The translations under genes were made by a program, and so were the position numbers. DNA of 64,000 nt from an uncultured bacterium (GTDB lineage Bacteria; Chloroflexota; Ktedonobacteria; Ktedonobacterales; JADMIN01), in contig CAVTFE010000059.1 of NCBI GenBank assembly GCA_963733745.1, positions 39,449 through 103,448 on the forward strand, in the 5' to 3' direction. Of this stretch, positions 8,657-19,903 are shown piece by piece. The number at the start of each line of letters is the position of its first letter. The first letter of the stretch is position 1. Below the pieces are notes generated by a model that was given only the letters and a program-made list of their open reading frames with translations, did not search any database and had not been told where the DNA came from.

Positions 8657-9631
8657 TCAGACAGCGTCGCCAGCGGGCGCGCCTGATGGCGCCATCGCCA
8701 GGTATTCGGCGCGCATCCGCGCCAGATCCTTCGGGCTGACAAATCCTTGGTTCGGCGGGAGCTTCAGGCCGCGCCAGAAGCCGATCAGCCGGTCGCGCAC
8801 CCAGCCAAACTGGGTGGGACGGCGTCCCCGAACGACATTGGGGATAACCACAGTCAGAATATCTCCCGCCTGCTGGGCCAGGAACCGGGCGCCTGCCAGC
8901 AGATCGCCACGTCTGGTGAAGCGCCCATAATTGCCGCCAACCCCCCACTGGTAGCGTTGCAGCAGGGCGGTCCCGTCGGTCAACTGGCGGATGCCATTCG
9001 TGTGAATCACCTCGACGTTCGCGCTGGCCTTCCATTTCGCGCCGCTGCGCATGATGCGGAACGACAGATCGCCATCGTCGGACGCGCCGAGTCGGCTTCC
9101 CGGACCACAGAACTCGTCATACCCCCCTACCCGGTCGAAGAGCGCGCGCCGCATGCTGAAGTTGGCGCCCGCGGCAAAGATCGGCATGGTCCACTTGGTG
9201 AGCGGCTCGCTAGTGTTCTCGGGATCGAAAGTGGGCACATATTCTGTACGCCAGTCAAACGGCGGCGCCGTCAGCTTTCCACAGATGAACTGAAGGTCGG
9301 GATCGGCATCGAATTCGGCGACAATGTTCGCCATCCAGTCTGAGGGCGCCGTCACATCGTCGTCGAGGATCGCGACGATCTCCCCCTGGCTCATAGCAAT
9401 GCCCATATTCCTGGAACTCGCGGCGCCGACGCCAGGCTTATGGTTGCGAATATAGTGGAAGCGCGCATCGCCCACGAACGGCGCGAGCGCGTCATAGGTC
9501 TGGTCATCAACGCTCTGATCAATGACGAACACCTCGAATTGCTGATACGAGCCGCCAAACACGCTGCGTACACACTGCGCAACAGCCTGCGCTCGTCCCT
9601 TGGTAGGTATGATGACAGAAACAAAGGTCAC
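8657..9631 (-). CDS. GT2 family glycosyltransferase
   Basis: VSVIIPT, VIDQS, SRNMGI, ILDDD, GANFS, DDGDLSFR. Confidence 0.9.
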   Translation of the reverse strand: MTFVSVIIPTKGRAQAVAQCVRSVFGGSYQQFEVFVIDQSVDDQTYDALAPFVGDARFHYIRNHKPGVGAASSRNMGIAMSQGEIVAILDDDVTAPSDWMANIVAEFDADPDLQFICGKLTAPPFDWRTEYVPTFDPENTSEPLTKWTMPIFAAGANFSMRRALFDRVGGYDEFCGPGSRLGASDDGDLSFRIMRSGAKWKASANVEVIHTNGIRQLTDGTALLQRYQWGVGGNYGRFTRRGDLLAGARFLAQQAGDILTVVIPNVVRGRRPTQFGWVRDRLIGFWRGLKLPPNQGFVSPKDLARMRAEYLAMAPSGAPAGDAV

Positions 9632-9726
9632 CGACGTTCACTCCCCTACTGACGACACCCGAGTATTGATGGTGGTTTCGCGCCGTTGCGAAGCCACCAC
9701 TCCATGAACCACCATCCGATGAACAC

Positions 9727-10653
9727 CTATCGGCTGCGCAGCCTTCTAAAGTACTCGCCACCCAGGGTCACGAGTCCATTGTAGCGTATCAGGTTGCCCG
9801 CTACGTCCATGGCGCGCCGGAAGTCCCCCCGCGCGCTGTCTTTACGATAGACATAGAAAAACTCGATACGCCCAGCGGGATCGAAGCCACTCCAGGCCAT
9901 AGGTCGCAGCATGGGATAATGGTGCTGATAGAGATGCCACTGGTTCTCTGGAGCCTGTTGACGGGCATCGATGTTGAAGACGAACAGTCCACCCTCGCGC
10001 AAGGCGTGATGAATGCGCGCTAGCTGATAGCGCCAGTCACGGATATGCGCGACCACATCAACCGCAGTGATGAGATCGAATGCGTCAGCCGGCAGTTCCT
10101 GCTGCGTCAGTTCATAGAATGTGGCTGGGACACCATGCTGTTCGAGACGCCATTTGGCGAACTCTTGCATCGTCGTTGAGATATCGCCCAACGAGACCTG
10201 CCATCCGAGGTGATGGAAGTACATCCCCGTCGAGCCGGGTCCCGCGCCAAAGTCGAGCATAGCGCCAGGCCGGAGATGGCGCAGGCCATAGGCGATCGCG
10301 ACGCTCTCGGGAAACTGCTCGCCAGAGCATTGCTTGGCGTGATACCAGACGGTATCGTAGATCCAACTCTGCGTGGTCTGATAGAACTCCAACAAGCCCT
10401 CATCAGTGGAGCGGTCCTTCTGCTCCCATTCCACGACTGAATCCTGCTCCCAATGTTCGCAGCGACGGCGCGCCTCGTCCTTATCCACATGGAAGTAGGT
10501 CGAGAGTTCAGCCAAAGCTGATTCAATCGGATCGGTGTAGCCACGCAGCAACAAACTGTCTTGCCAGATCTGCTGCAGTCGCTCGCGTTCTGGGTCGGCG
10601 CCGACATGGCGATACCAGTCAAGCGAAGCAGAGGCGAGTTGCGGCTCGTTCAT
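9727..10653 (-). CDS. Class I SAM-dependent methyltransferase
   Basis: LDFGAGPG motif I; FDLITAVDVVAHI; LREGG. Confidence 0.85.
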   Translation of the reverse strand: MNEPQLASASLDWYRHVGADPERERLQQIWQDSLLLRGYTDPIESALAELSTYFHVDKDEARRRCEHWEQDSVVEWEQKDRSTDEGLLEFYQTTQSWIYDTVWYHAKQCSGEQFPESVAIAYGLRHLRPGAMLDFGAGPGSTGMYFHHLGWQVSLGDISTTMQEFAKWRLEQHGVPATFYELTQQELPADAFDLITAVDVVAHIRDWRYQLARIHHALREGGLFVFNIDARQQAPENQWHLYQHHYPMLRPMAWSGFDPAGRIEFFYVYRKDSARGDFRRAMDVAGNLIRYNGLVTLGGEYFRRLRSR

Positions 10654-10689
10654 GTCCAGCCTCCTCAAGCAATAGACCAATGTACGGTC

Positions 10690-11694
10690 TCATACTCCGA
10701 TTTCTTGCGCAGGCGCAGGTTTGCCCTGGCGCTTCACATATCCACGCACTGCGTTGAAGCCTCGCTCGCCAAGCGCTGTTCTGGCGAGGAGGATGGCGGT
10801 CTTCGGCTGAAAGATTGTCAGGAACGGGTGCTTTCGCAACGAGAAACTATACCCATACCATCCACGCCGCAGACGACCCGCGAAGATATCATCAGTCGGA
10901 ATAGCGATGAGTGCGGCCTGAATCGCGCGCAGGTGGAGCGACCCCGCCCCCTCGAGACGTCCTCCCAGGAGCGCGAACGAAGCATCAATACCGTCGAGCG
11001 TCTCGCGCAGGCTGGCCTGCATGGCGGCGCTGCTGTGCGACATATTGCTCTCGTGCATGCGGTAGGCGTACAACTCCTCCGCGCAGTAGGCGACCGGTCC
11101 CTGCGAGCAGAGGAGGAGCCACATCTTCACATCGATCGCATAGCGCGCTTTAGGGTCGTACCCACCTACCGCCTGATAGGCGCTGCGGCGGATAATCGCG
11201 CCAGAATGCAGGATGTAGGGGTCCAATACTAGCTCACTGAACTCATCGAGACCAGAACGGATATAGGAAGCGGGGTGTGTGCGACGGACGTAGCGACAGA
11301 CGCCATCGTCCCCATACTGTCCATAGGCGGAATAGGCGAAGGCAGGGGCGTCTTCCGATTCCATCATCTCAATGAGCCGCGCAAAGGCCAGCGGCGAGAT
11401 ACAGTAGTCGTCGGCAGAGATGACCGTCACATATTTGCCGCGCGAGAGATCCGTTCCCTCGATGAGGGAGGCGACAAAGCCCTTATTTACCTGATGATCC
11501 ACCAGGCGCACACGTGGGTCGGCGAGATAGGGCTGAAGAACCTCAAGGGAGTTATCTTTAGAACAATCGTTGATAATGATGAGCTCGAAGTCACTGAAGG
11601 TCTGGCCAAGAATCGAATCCAGACAGACAGGCAAATATTGAGCATAGTTATAGTTCAAGACCGTAACCGATAGCAGCGGCGTCGATGCGCTCAT
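10690..11694 (-). CDS. GT2 family glycosyltransferase
   Basis: LSVTVLNYN, INDCSKDNS, ISADD, VGGYD. Confidence 0.9.
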   Translation of the reverse strand: MSASTPLLSVTVLNYNYAQYLPVCLDSILGQTFSDFELIIINDCSKDNSLEVLQPYLADPRVRLVDHQVNKGFVASLIEGTDLSRGKYVTVISADDYCISPLAFARLIEMMESEDAPAFAYSAYGQYGDDGVCRYVRRTHPASYIRSGLDEFSELVLDPYILHSGAIIRRSAYQAVGGYDPKARYAIDVKMWLLLCSQGPVAYCAEELYAYRMHESNMSHSSAAMQASLRETLDGIDASFALLGGRLEGAGSLHLRAIQAALIAIPTDDIFAGRLRRGWYGYSFSLRKHPFLTIFQPKTAILLARTALGERGFNAVRGYVKRQGKPAPAQEIGV

Positions 11695-13100
11695 GTCATC
11701 CTCCGTATGCTTTGAGTTCTGACAAGATCAACGGTCCACTGCGCCACCGACGCTCGTATTACCCCAAATAGGTCACGCGCCGGCAAGCCTATGACGCCAA
11801 TCATTCTGCCAGCAATGATGAGCAGAATCAGGATCGCGACCATCGCGTAGAGGTAGGGAACAGCCAGAAACATGTACAGCCCGGTCAGAGAGGACTCCAG
11901 GCTCATGCGGTCCGCGAACATGAGCTCCACTTTGTAGAGCGGCAAACAGAGCAGCCCCCAGATCAGGGTGAGTGCGACGGCTAGGCCTTGGTAGGACGCC
12001 GTCTTGATCCCCTGACGTGAGAGGAATATATACAGGACGATCAGCGGTACCGTAAGCAACGTCGTGTAGATATATTCGGTCAGCGGACTCACCAGCAGCA
12101 TCCCCACCACAACCAGACCGACCTCGATCAGCGATCGCGTGTCCGATCCGATGCGCTGTGGACGCACACGCGCCGCGATGAACAAAGCCACCGCAACCGA
12201 GAAGAGCAGCCAGAGCGCCACCGCCAGCGCCGGAGCCACGAGCAGAGGCCGCACGTAGGGATTGACGGTGAAGAAATGCGCGAGGATACCGCGCACGGAC
12301 TCGTTATCATTGAACGCGGCATACTGGCTGGACCAAAAGCTCCAAATCGTAAACTGATCTCGCAACACATCGGCGCCCAGGAAGAAGAGTGGTCCGAGCA
12401 GCAGGAGGACGAATCCGCCCGCCACCGCCAGCGCGAAGCGATACTCACGCTTCCAGAGCAGGAAGGTCACAAGGATGAGCATTGGCGGTTTGATTACACA
12501 CGCCACCGCCAGCAGCGCGCCCGCCAGAATTGAGCGCCGCGCCCGGCCTGCCCAGAGCGCGGCGCAGAGAAGAAAGAGCAGAAGAATATCGGCCTGCCCC
12601 CAATAGAGTTCGAGCCGGACGACGCTGAACAGGGAGGCGGCGGTCGTCAGCAGGAGGATCTTCAGGAGCGTGACGCGCTCTTCCGCGAAGCGCAGGAAGG
12701 TAAAGATGGCGCCAAATAAGAACGCCGTATTCAGCAGCCCCCAGATCAGGTTGGCGGTCTCCACCGGAACCAATGTGAGTGGGACAAGCATCAACGCGAA
12801 GACCGGCGCATAGACGTAGTACACCGGCAGGAGGGGATCACCTGGCGCATAACCGTGTATCCAGGCGATCACCGGCGCAAAGGGATTGGCCCCACTGCGG
12901 ACGGCGAGCGCCGCCTGATAGTAAGTGTAAAAGTCGGAGGTGTCTGGGCTGAGATACTGCGGGTGAATCTGTTTATAGACGCCAACGGCGAGGACCAGCA
13001 GGCTCGCCGCCCCCACCACCAGACGCCAGAGTGGAATGCCCGCGACCGTCACGCGCACGGCTGGGCGCCACCATGGCGTGGTCTCCACTCTACTACTCAT
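11691..13100 (-). CDS. GT87-like (DUF2029) polytopic membrane glycosyltransferase
   Basis: DFYTYYQAA, YVYAP, GQAD, IKP motifs and about 10 TM segments. Confidence 0.8.
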   Translation of the reverse strand: MSSRVETTPWWRPAVRVTVAGIPLWRLVVGAASLLVLAVGVYKQIHPQYLSPDTSDFYTYYQAALAVRSGANPFAPVIAWIHGYAPGDPLLPVYYVYAPVFALMLVPLTLVPVETANLIWGLLNTAFLFGAIFTFLRFAEERVTLLKILLLTTAASLFSVVRLELYWGQADILLLFLLCAALWAGRARRSILAGALLAVACVIKPPMLILVTFLLWKREYRFALAVAGGFVLLLLGPLFFLGADVLRDQFTIWSFWSSQYAAFNDNESVRGILAHFFTVNPYVRPLLVAPALAVALWLLFSVAVALFIAARVRPQRIGSDTRSLIEVGLVVVGMLLVSPLTEYIYTTLLTVPLIVLYIFLSRQGIKTASYQGLAVALTLIWGLLCLPLYKVELMFADRMSLESSLTGLYMFLAVPYLYAMVAILILLIIAGRMIGVIGLPARDLFGVIRASVAQWTVDLVRTQSIRRMT

Positions 13101-13197
13101 GCCGCCGCCTCCGCATGTTCCGACCCAACCGCCCTTTGACCTACCGCTCAGGCATCCTTAGCGCACACACGAGATTCATCTGCGCCGACGCCATCTC

Positions 13198-13941
13198 TCA
13201 TCTGGCAGACAGTGAGATCTGCTCATCCTGATATGCCGGTATGCCTAACAGTTCAGGTATGGTGACGAACTGATAGCCACGCTCCTGCAGCGTTGGAAGC
13301 AGAAGCCGTAGCGCCTGAGCGGTCTCCGGCTTCGGATAATGATCCATATGCGCCGCGCCATCGTGAAAGACGAGGATCGAGCCTGGCCGCACGTGTGGCA
13401 AGGTCCACTCGGCGATCTGCTCGCCAGATGGGCGCGGGTCGAGCGAATCGGGCGTCTCGAAGTCCCAGCGAATGGCCGCCAGCCCCCTCCGGCGCAGACG
13501 CAGCAGTTCCCAGGGCGTCATCCAGCCCCAGGGAACGCGAAAGAGCGCAGGCGTTTTGCCAATGACCTCATGAATCGCGCGCAAACAGTCATCAATGTGC
13601 GCCGAGCCAAAGGGCGCAATACTGGTCAGACGGGAGTGGTTCATCGAGTGCGCCCCGATCACATGGCCAGTCGCGGCAGCCCGCCGCACGATCTCAGGGT
13701 GCTGGCGGACATTCGCGCCGACACAGAAGAATGTGGAAGGCGCCTGGTATTCCGCCAGCGCGTCGAGCGCCTCCTCCGTCCCTTCCGCAACTGGACCATC
13801 GTCGAACGTCAGCGCGACGCGCCGTTCGGTTCGCGTGCCATGGCGATGTGACAGGCCGAGATCACCCGCGCGCGACATCAGCACGGCGTTGCCGATGGGA
13901 TCGAGTATCGCCGAGGCAAGTTTGCGCGGGCTGACAGCCAT
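13198..13941 (-). CDS. Polysaccharide deacetylase (CE4/NodB)
   Basis: ALTFDDGP, HSMNH, FRVPWG, ILVFHD. Confidence 0.92.
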   Translation of the reverse strand: MAVSPRKLASAILDPIGNAVLMSRAGDLGLSHRHGTRTERRVALTFDDGPVAEGTEEALDALAEYQAPSTFFCVGANVRQHPEIVRRAAATGHVIGAHSMNHSRLTSIAPFGSAHIDDCLRAIHEVIGKTPALFRVPWGWMTPWELLRLRRRGLAAIRWDFETPDSLDPRPSGEQIAEWTLPHVRPGSILVFHDGAAHMDHYPKPETAQALRLLLPTLQERGYQFVTIPELLGIPAYQDEQISLSAR

Positions 13942-13961
13942 ACCAGTGCTCTTCTCGCAAA

Positions 13962-15143
13962 CTATTGGAGCGCGCGCCGCAGGGCGTCGATCACGCGGTC
14001 CTGCTCGGCGTCGGTCATCGTCATGTAGAGCGGCAGCAGCAACGTCTCGCGCGTCGCCGCCTCGGTCACGGGCAGCGAGACATGCTCAAAGCGCTCCACG
14101 TAGTACGGCTCCTCGTGAATCGCCATCACGCCCCGCCGCGTCGCCACACCATCGGCGAGCATGCTCTCCATGATGGCCTCGCGCGATGGAGTCACTGCGG
14201 AATCGAGATGCACGCAATAAGACTGATAGGTATGTGGCGCGTCGTCGGGCGCATACGGCGGCATGACGCCAGGAATCTCCAAGAGACGCGTGTTGTAGCG
14301 CTCGGCCAGTTCGCGTCGTCGCACGAGGATCGCGTCCAGCTTCTTCAACTGCTCGAGACCGATCGCCGCCTGGATATCGGTCATGCGATAGTTGTAGCCC
14401 AGCTCCTCGTACGCCTCGATGATGACCGACGTGGCGGAATGCCGCGCCAGATCGGAGACCGACGCGCCATGCGAGCGCAGCACGCGCGCGCGCGCCGCCA
14501 GGTCGGCGTCATTGGTCGCGATGGCCCCACCCTCGCCGGTCGTGATGGACTTGCGCGGGTGGAAGCTGAAGCAGGTGACGGGGCTGATCGCGCCGACCGG
14601 GCGGCCACGGTAGGTCGCGCCGAGCGCGGGCGCCGCGTCTTCGATCACGCGTCAGACGGTAGCGTTCGGCGATCTCCAGCACGGCGTCCAGATCCGCCGC
14701 CAGACCGATCTGGTCCACAGGGATGATGGCTTTCGTGCGCGGGGTGATCGCCGCCTCGATAGCCGCCGGATCGATGTTATAGGTGCGTGGGTCGATATCA
14801 ACGAAGACCGGGCGCGCGCCGGTATAGAGGACAGCGTTCGCAGTGGCGATGAAGCTGAACGATGGGCAGATCACCTCGTCGCCGGGGCCGACGCCAGAGC
14901 AGAGCAGCGCCACGTGCAGCGAGGTCGTGCAGTTGCTCGTCGCGACGACATGCGCCACGCCCAGCCGCGCCGCGATCGCCTCCTCGAAGCGCGCCACCAG
15001 CGGCCCCTGCGCGATCCAGCCCGTGCGAATGGCCTCGGCGGCGGCCTGCGCTTCTTCCTCGCCCAGATACGGCTTCGTGATCGGGATGAGTGGTGGTTGG
15101 ACGCCTGCGTCTGCTGTGATGAGCGATCTACCGTCTGGCTCAT
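13962..15143 (-). CDS. DegT/DnrJ/EryC1/StrS sugar aminotransferase (frameshifted)
   Basis: PITKP...GP.VARFE; SNCTTSLH; SFIATANA; IEDAA; FSFHPRKSITTGEGG; GYNYRMTDIQAA. Confidence 0.9.
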
Positions 15144-16123
15144 GCTGTCGCTCCCGTCGTCTTCAGCGTCTCGGCGCGCCACTTCACCAGTTCCGTCAAT
15201 CCCTGGCGCAGGTCCATGGTCGAGACAAAGCCGAGCTTCTCGTGCGCCAGCGCCGTCGAGCCAAGGCGATGGCGCACTGGATTGACCTTGCGCTCTTCGT
15301 GATACTCCGCCTTCAGGTCTGGCCGGCCCATCACCTCACAGAGTTGCTGGCTCAGTTCGGTCAGCGTCGTCTCGACCCCCGTCGCCACGTTGAAGACCGC
15401 GTCGGTCTCATCGGCGGAAAGCGCCGCGATGTTGGCGCGCGCCACGTCAGTCACATAGATGAAGTCCATCGACTGCGTGCCATCGCCGAAGATCAGCGGT
15501 GGCTGCCCCTGCTCGATACGATCCATCCAGCGGATCAGCACCTCGGTATAGACGCCGTGAATATCCATACGCGCGCCATAGACGTTGAAGTAGCGCAGAG
15601 CGACATAAGGCAGGTCATACATCTCGTTGAAGGCGCGCAGCATGTGCTCGTCGGCGATCTTGGCCGCGCCGTAGAGCGTGCGATTGTTGTAGGGATGCGC
15701 TTCATCAATGGGCTGGTAACTCGCCTCGCCATAGACCGACGCGCTCGACGCCGCGACGACCTTCTTCACCTTCGCGTCGCGCGCCGCCTCCAGCACGTTG
15801 AATGTGCCCTCGTACATCACACCAAACGCCTGACGCGGGTCCTCGGCGCAATGGGTGATGCGCAGCGCCGCCTCGTGGTAGACATAATCCATGCCATCCG
15901 TGAGTTGGCGCACAAGCGCCTGGTTGCGGATGTCGCCCTCGACCAGGCGCACATTGCCGCGCCGCATCGCCGGCTCCAGGTTCGCGCGCTGCCCGCGCAC
16001 CAGGTTATCGAGCGCGATGATCTCTGCCGCGCCCGCGTCCAGCAGCGCATCGGCGATATGAGAGCCGACGAAGCCGGCGCCTCCAGTGATCAGGATACGA
16101 CTTCCGGCGATTTCATAGGTCAT
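15140..16123 (-). CDS. NAD-dependent nucleotide-sugar epimerase/dehydratase
   Basis: ITGGAGFVGS, SSASVYG, YGAAK, LRYFNVYG. Confidence 0.92.
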   Translation of the reverse strand: MTYEIAGSRILITGGAGFVGSHIADALLDAGAAEIIALDNLVRGQRANLEPAMRRGNVRLVEGDIRNQALVRQLTDGMDYVYHEAALRITHCAEDPRQAFGVMYEGTFNVLEAARDAKVKKVVAASSASVYGEASYQPIDEAHPYNNRTLYGAAKIADEHMLRAFNEMYDLPYVALRYFNVYGARMDIHGVYTEVLIRWMDRIEQGQPPLIFGDGTQSMDFIYVTDVARANIAALSADETDAVFNVATGVETTLTELSQQLCEVMGRPDLKAEYHEERKVNPVRHRLGSTALAHEKLGFVSTMDLRQGLTELVKWRAETLKTTGATA

Positions 16124-16308
16124 ACGCGCGCAAGGCCTTTCTGTGGAATGATGGGAGGCAAAGAATGGGAGCGAACACACCCACCTGCTATTGTCTCACA
16201 TCCGACGGGCAAGAAGCGGGCGCATTGGTGTGAATCATGTCACACTATCGACAAGACGGTTGGCGCAACAACACAGTAGCAGGCGTATTTATGTCTGCTG
16301 GCGCCTCT

Positions 16309-16968
16309 TCACCGCACGCCTGCCAGCCGGTCCGCTTGCCGTGTTGGTTCCGGCAGCCGATAGCCATGTAACGTCCGCAGCACGAAGCTCGTCGCGGTCG
16401 GCAGGTCGATCAGGTGGCCAATCGAGATGAAGAGGGGATTCGTACGTGGCTTGCTACGCAGGACCACGCCGACTTGCTCGCGCCCCGCCATCAGCGGCGA
16501 CATATCGCCCGCATTTGGCCCTGGCTCCGTATAGCTGCCGGTCAGACGTGACTTGGCGCAACCAATGCTCGGCACACCAAGATAGACACCCATGTGCGCG
16601 GCGATCCCCAAACGGCGTGGATGCGCGATGCCCTGCCCGTCGAACATCAACAGGTCTGGGCGCGCCTTCAGCTTCTCCATCGCATCCAGCACGGCAGGCG
16701 CCTCGCGGAACGAGAGCAGGCCCGGCACATAGGGGAATGGCGTCTCTCGTTCGGCCACCACCTGTTCGACAACTTGAAGATCAGGAAGCGCCAGCACGAC
16801 GATGGCCGCATATGCCTTGTCACGGTATGATGCGTCAACCCCGGCGATAGTACGAACCTGCGCTGGGTCAAAGCCATTTTCCCGCACGACGAGCGTGCGT
16901 AAACGCTGCTGAATCGCCACCGCCTCCTCGGCGGACACATCCCAGGAATGCAAACGCGCGATCTCCAT
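16309..16968 (-). CDS. nfi: Endonuclease V
   Basis: AGVDASY, FPYVPGLLSFRE, DGQGIAHPRRLGIA, GCAKS, RLPEPTRQAD. Confidence 0.95.
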   Translation of the reverse strand: MEIARLHSWDVSAEEAVAIQQRLRTLVVRENGFDPAQVRTIAGVDASYRDKAYAAIVVLALPDLQVVEQVVAERETPFPYVPGLLSFREAPAVLDAMEKLKARPDLLMFDGQGIAHPRRLGIAAHMGVYLGVPSIGCAKSRLTGSYTEPGPNAGDMSPLMAGREQVGVVLRSKPRTNPLFISIGHLIDLPTATSFVLRTLHGYRLPEPTRQADRLAGVR

Positions 16969-17128
16969 GGCCCGGTCTCCTTCCGACCACTATAGTATCC
17001 GCAGTATCCTCATCGCCTGCTCAATTTACGTCCATGGTACACTGGGCTTACGAACGGCGCATGGATAGCATGGATTGATCCGAGTCGCGCGTGGTGTGGT
17101 GGAGCGCCGCTGGAGGAGGTCATGCTCG

Positions 17129-18067
17129 ATGGACCCGAATAATATCCCATTCGCGCGCAGCATGCCCTTGCGGGCGCGTATGGAGCCAGCCTCAGGCCCG
17201 ATGGACCCAGCGGACCAGCAGGGAGAGCAGACTGGCGTCAGCCAGCGTATGATGGTTCCGGGCATGCAGATGGGCGTCGCACAGCAGGGGCCACGTATGC
17301 CCAGCATGCCGTCGAATGGCCAGCAATACATGCAGGGCTATCCGCAGCAAGGTTTCCCAACTGGCGCGCAACCGGCTATGTCGGCCATCGCGACGATGTC
17401 CGCTGGCGGCGCCGAGGTGACGCTCAAAGCGGAAAATATCCTTCTCGAGGAATTCGAGCACGCCAGCGCCGCCGCCTATCAGGCGAAAGACTCCACCGCC
17501 AGTCTGCTCAACCTATATCTACTGGCCACCGCCGCGCTCGCCACCGGAGGCGGCGTACTTCTTAGCTCGTATTCAGCGGCGAACCGGCTTACCGTGACGC
17601 TCGTGATCGCGGTCGTGCTGGCGATCAGCTCGATCCTGAGCTTCGGCTTCTTCGTGCGCCTGCTGGACCTTGCGCGCGACTATCGTGACAACCTCATCAC
17701 GATGAACCTCATCAAGGAGTTCTACATCCAGCGCATCGGCCCACGCCTGCCGGAGTTGCCCGCCGCGTTTTACAAGCGGCTTGTGGATGTGCCACGCAGC
17801 CGAGCGCTGGGCTTCGGCATGGCGACGCTCAACATCACGGTTGCGCTGCTGACCAGCCTGGCTGTCGCCGGAGCCGTCGGACAGGCGCGCCAGCTCTGGG
17901 CGGTTTACACCACCACCTTCGCGCCCTACTCGCCAGAGGTGAATGTCGGTGGCGCAGGCATCCCCTACTTCTGGGAGTTGCTGGGCGCGGCGCTGACGCT
18001 GCTGATACTCTACGTCTATTTCCTCAGTGCGACGCAGCAGCGCCTGTTCCGCCGCCCGGCGCCATAA
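17129..18067 (+). CDS. Hypothetical membrane protein (about 4 TM) with Q/P/M-rich N-terminus
   Basis: Long ORF with RBS GGAGGAGG nearby and hydrophobic segments. Confidence 0.7.
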   Translation: MDPNNIPFARSMPLRARMEPASGPMDPADQQGEQTGVSQRMMVPGMQMGVAQQGPRMPSMPSNGQQYMQGYPQQGFPTGAQPAMSAIATMSAGGAEVTLKAENILLEEFEHASAAAYQAKDSTASLLNLYLLATAALATGGGVLLSSYSAANRLTVTLVIAVVLAISSILSFGFFVRLLDLARDYRDNLITMNLIKEFYIQRIGPRLPELPAAFYKRLVDVPRSRALGFGMATLNITVALLTSLAVAGAVGQARQLWAVYTTTFAPYSPEVNVGGAGIPYFWELLGAALTLLILYVYFLSATQQRLFRRPAP

Positions 18068-18220
18068 TCCTAACAATCCTCGTCGCCTGTTCCTCCTGCC
18101 TGAAGCGCAAACGCTTTCCGATTCACGCGCTTCACGGTACAATCAGGCCGGCCTGTCAACACGCCTTCATGACCCCACGATTCTCGCCCCTGATGCGCCG
18201 CCCTGTGGAGGTTGCTGGAC

Positions 18221-19494
18221 ATGCGAATAGCGCGACTAGCACGTTCTCACTCTCTTCCCGCGACAGTGGTCCTTGTGGCCGCGCTCATCTCGCTCTTCGC
18301 CGGATGCAGTCTGCCGTTTGGCGACGCCTCCAACACGCCGTCCTTGCCCACCGCGACGCCTACGCCACGCCCACCCACGCCCGAAGAGATCGCGGCGCAG
18401 ATGGTCAGCAAGATGTCGCTCGAAGACAAACTTGGGCAGATGATTATCATGCAGTTCTACGAGCCAACCTACACGCCAGCGCAACAGCAGATGGTCAAGC
18501 CTTTTCATCCTGGCGGCGTCATCCTCTATGGCTACTCGATGGGCACGGCGCAGCAGGTGAAGGATCTCCTGGCCGGCGGTCAGAAGGACAGCCCGATTCC
18601 GATGTTCACCTTCCTCGACCTGGAGGGTGGGGTTGTGGACCGGCTGGCGCAATATCTTGGCCCACGCATGTCCGCGCCGAAGATGGCCGCGTCTGGCGAC
18701 CCGCCATCGCCCGCGCCGAGGGAGCCAAGACCGCGAAGGATCTGCTCAGCTTCGGCTTCAACGCCGACCTGGCGCCAGACGTGGACATCTCTATCGTCTG
18801 TTCGACCGACCAGTGGGGACGCACCTTCGGCAAGACACCTGACGCGGTCACCCAGTATGCGAGCGCCTGGATCGACGGCTTACAGTCGAACGGCGTCGTC
18901 GGCGTTCCCAAACACTTTCCTGGACTCGGCGCCGCCGTCATCGACGCGCACAAGGGACTGCCGGTAATCAACCGGACCAAGGAGCAGCTCGAAGAGACAG
19001 AGTTCGCGCCATTCAAAGCGCTGATGGCGAGCGGCCAGATGCAGATGGTCATGTCCACCGACGTGCTCATGTCCGCGCTCGACCCTGATCTGCCCGCCGA
19101 GATCTCCAAACCCATCATCACCGGCGTGCTGCGCAATGAACTCGGATTCAAAGGTGTGGCGATCACCGACGCGCTCTACATGCAGGGCATCACCGATCGC
19201 TTTTCGTTCACCCAGGCGGCGATCATGGCCTTCGAGGCGGGCAACGATATGATCATGGCGCCCTGGCGACCCAATATGCTACAGGCTATCATCACCGGGA
19301 TGAAGGCGGAGCTACAAAATGGCAAGATCACCCAGGAGCAGATCGACGCCTCGGTGACGCGCATCCTGGCGCTCAAGATCCGCTACAACCTCATCTCTGG
19401 CGCGACTGGCGGGTCCACGCCAACTACCACGCCCTCCACCACCAAGACGCCCGCCACCACGCCGACCACCAGTAGCGCCGTCTGGTGCGGGTAG
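18221..19494 (+). CDS. GH3 beta-N-acetylhexosaminidase-like lipoprotein (frameshifted near 18705)
   Basis: Lipobox FAGC; SLEDKLGQM; DLEGGVVDRL; LAPDVD; KHFPGLG....DAH; ITDALYM. Confidence 0.88.
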
Positions 19495-19564
19495 ATCAGC
19501 GGGCGACGTGAGGGATTCCTGAACGCGGAATGTGGAGCGCCCTCACGCCGTCCCTCTGGCGCCA

Positions 19565-19858
19565 CTACGCCATCACCGCTACCTCAAATGCTTCCCGCGA
19601 CGGCTGCGCCGTCAGCAGCGGGCCGAACTTGGCGATTTGCTCCTGATAGTACCCGCTGCTCTCGCCAGCCTTCATCTCTGCCTCCGACGCCCAGTGGGTC
19701 AATGACAGGCCCTTCCCGGTCGCGCGGTCAACCAGCAGCGTGGCGCCACGAAACCCGGCCTGTTGTTTGGCGGCGGGAACGACGGATTCCTGAAAGATGC
19801 GAATGGCTTCATCAACTTTGTCCGGCTGGAGTTGTACAGTGGTCGCGCGAACGTGCAT
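19565..19858 (-). CDS. Antibiotic-biosynthesis-monooxygenase-like (dimeric alpha/beta barrel) protein
   Basis: MHVRATTVQLQPDKVDEA...GFRGATLLVDRATGKGLSLTHWASE. Confidence 0.75.
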   Translation of the reverse strand: MHVRATTVQLQPDKVDEAIRIFQESVVPAAKQQAGFRGATLLVDRATGKGLSLTHWASEAEMKAGESSGYYQEQIAKFGPLLTAQPSREAFEVAVMA

Positions 19859-19903
19859 AGTCCCTTCCCCTTCCTCCTGACCGCGCAGGAACGACTCACA
19901 GAT

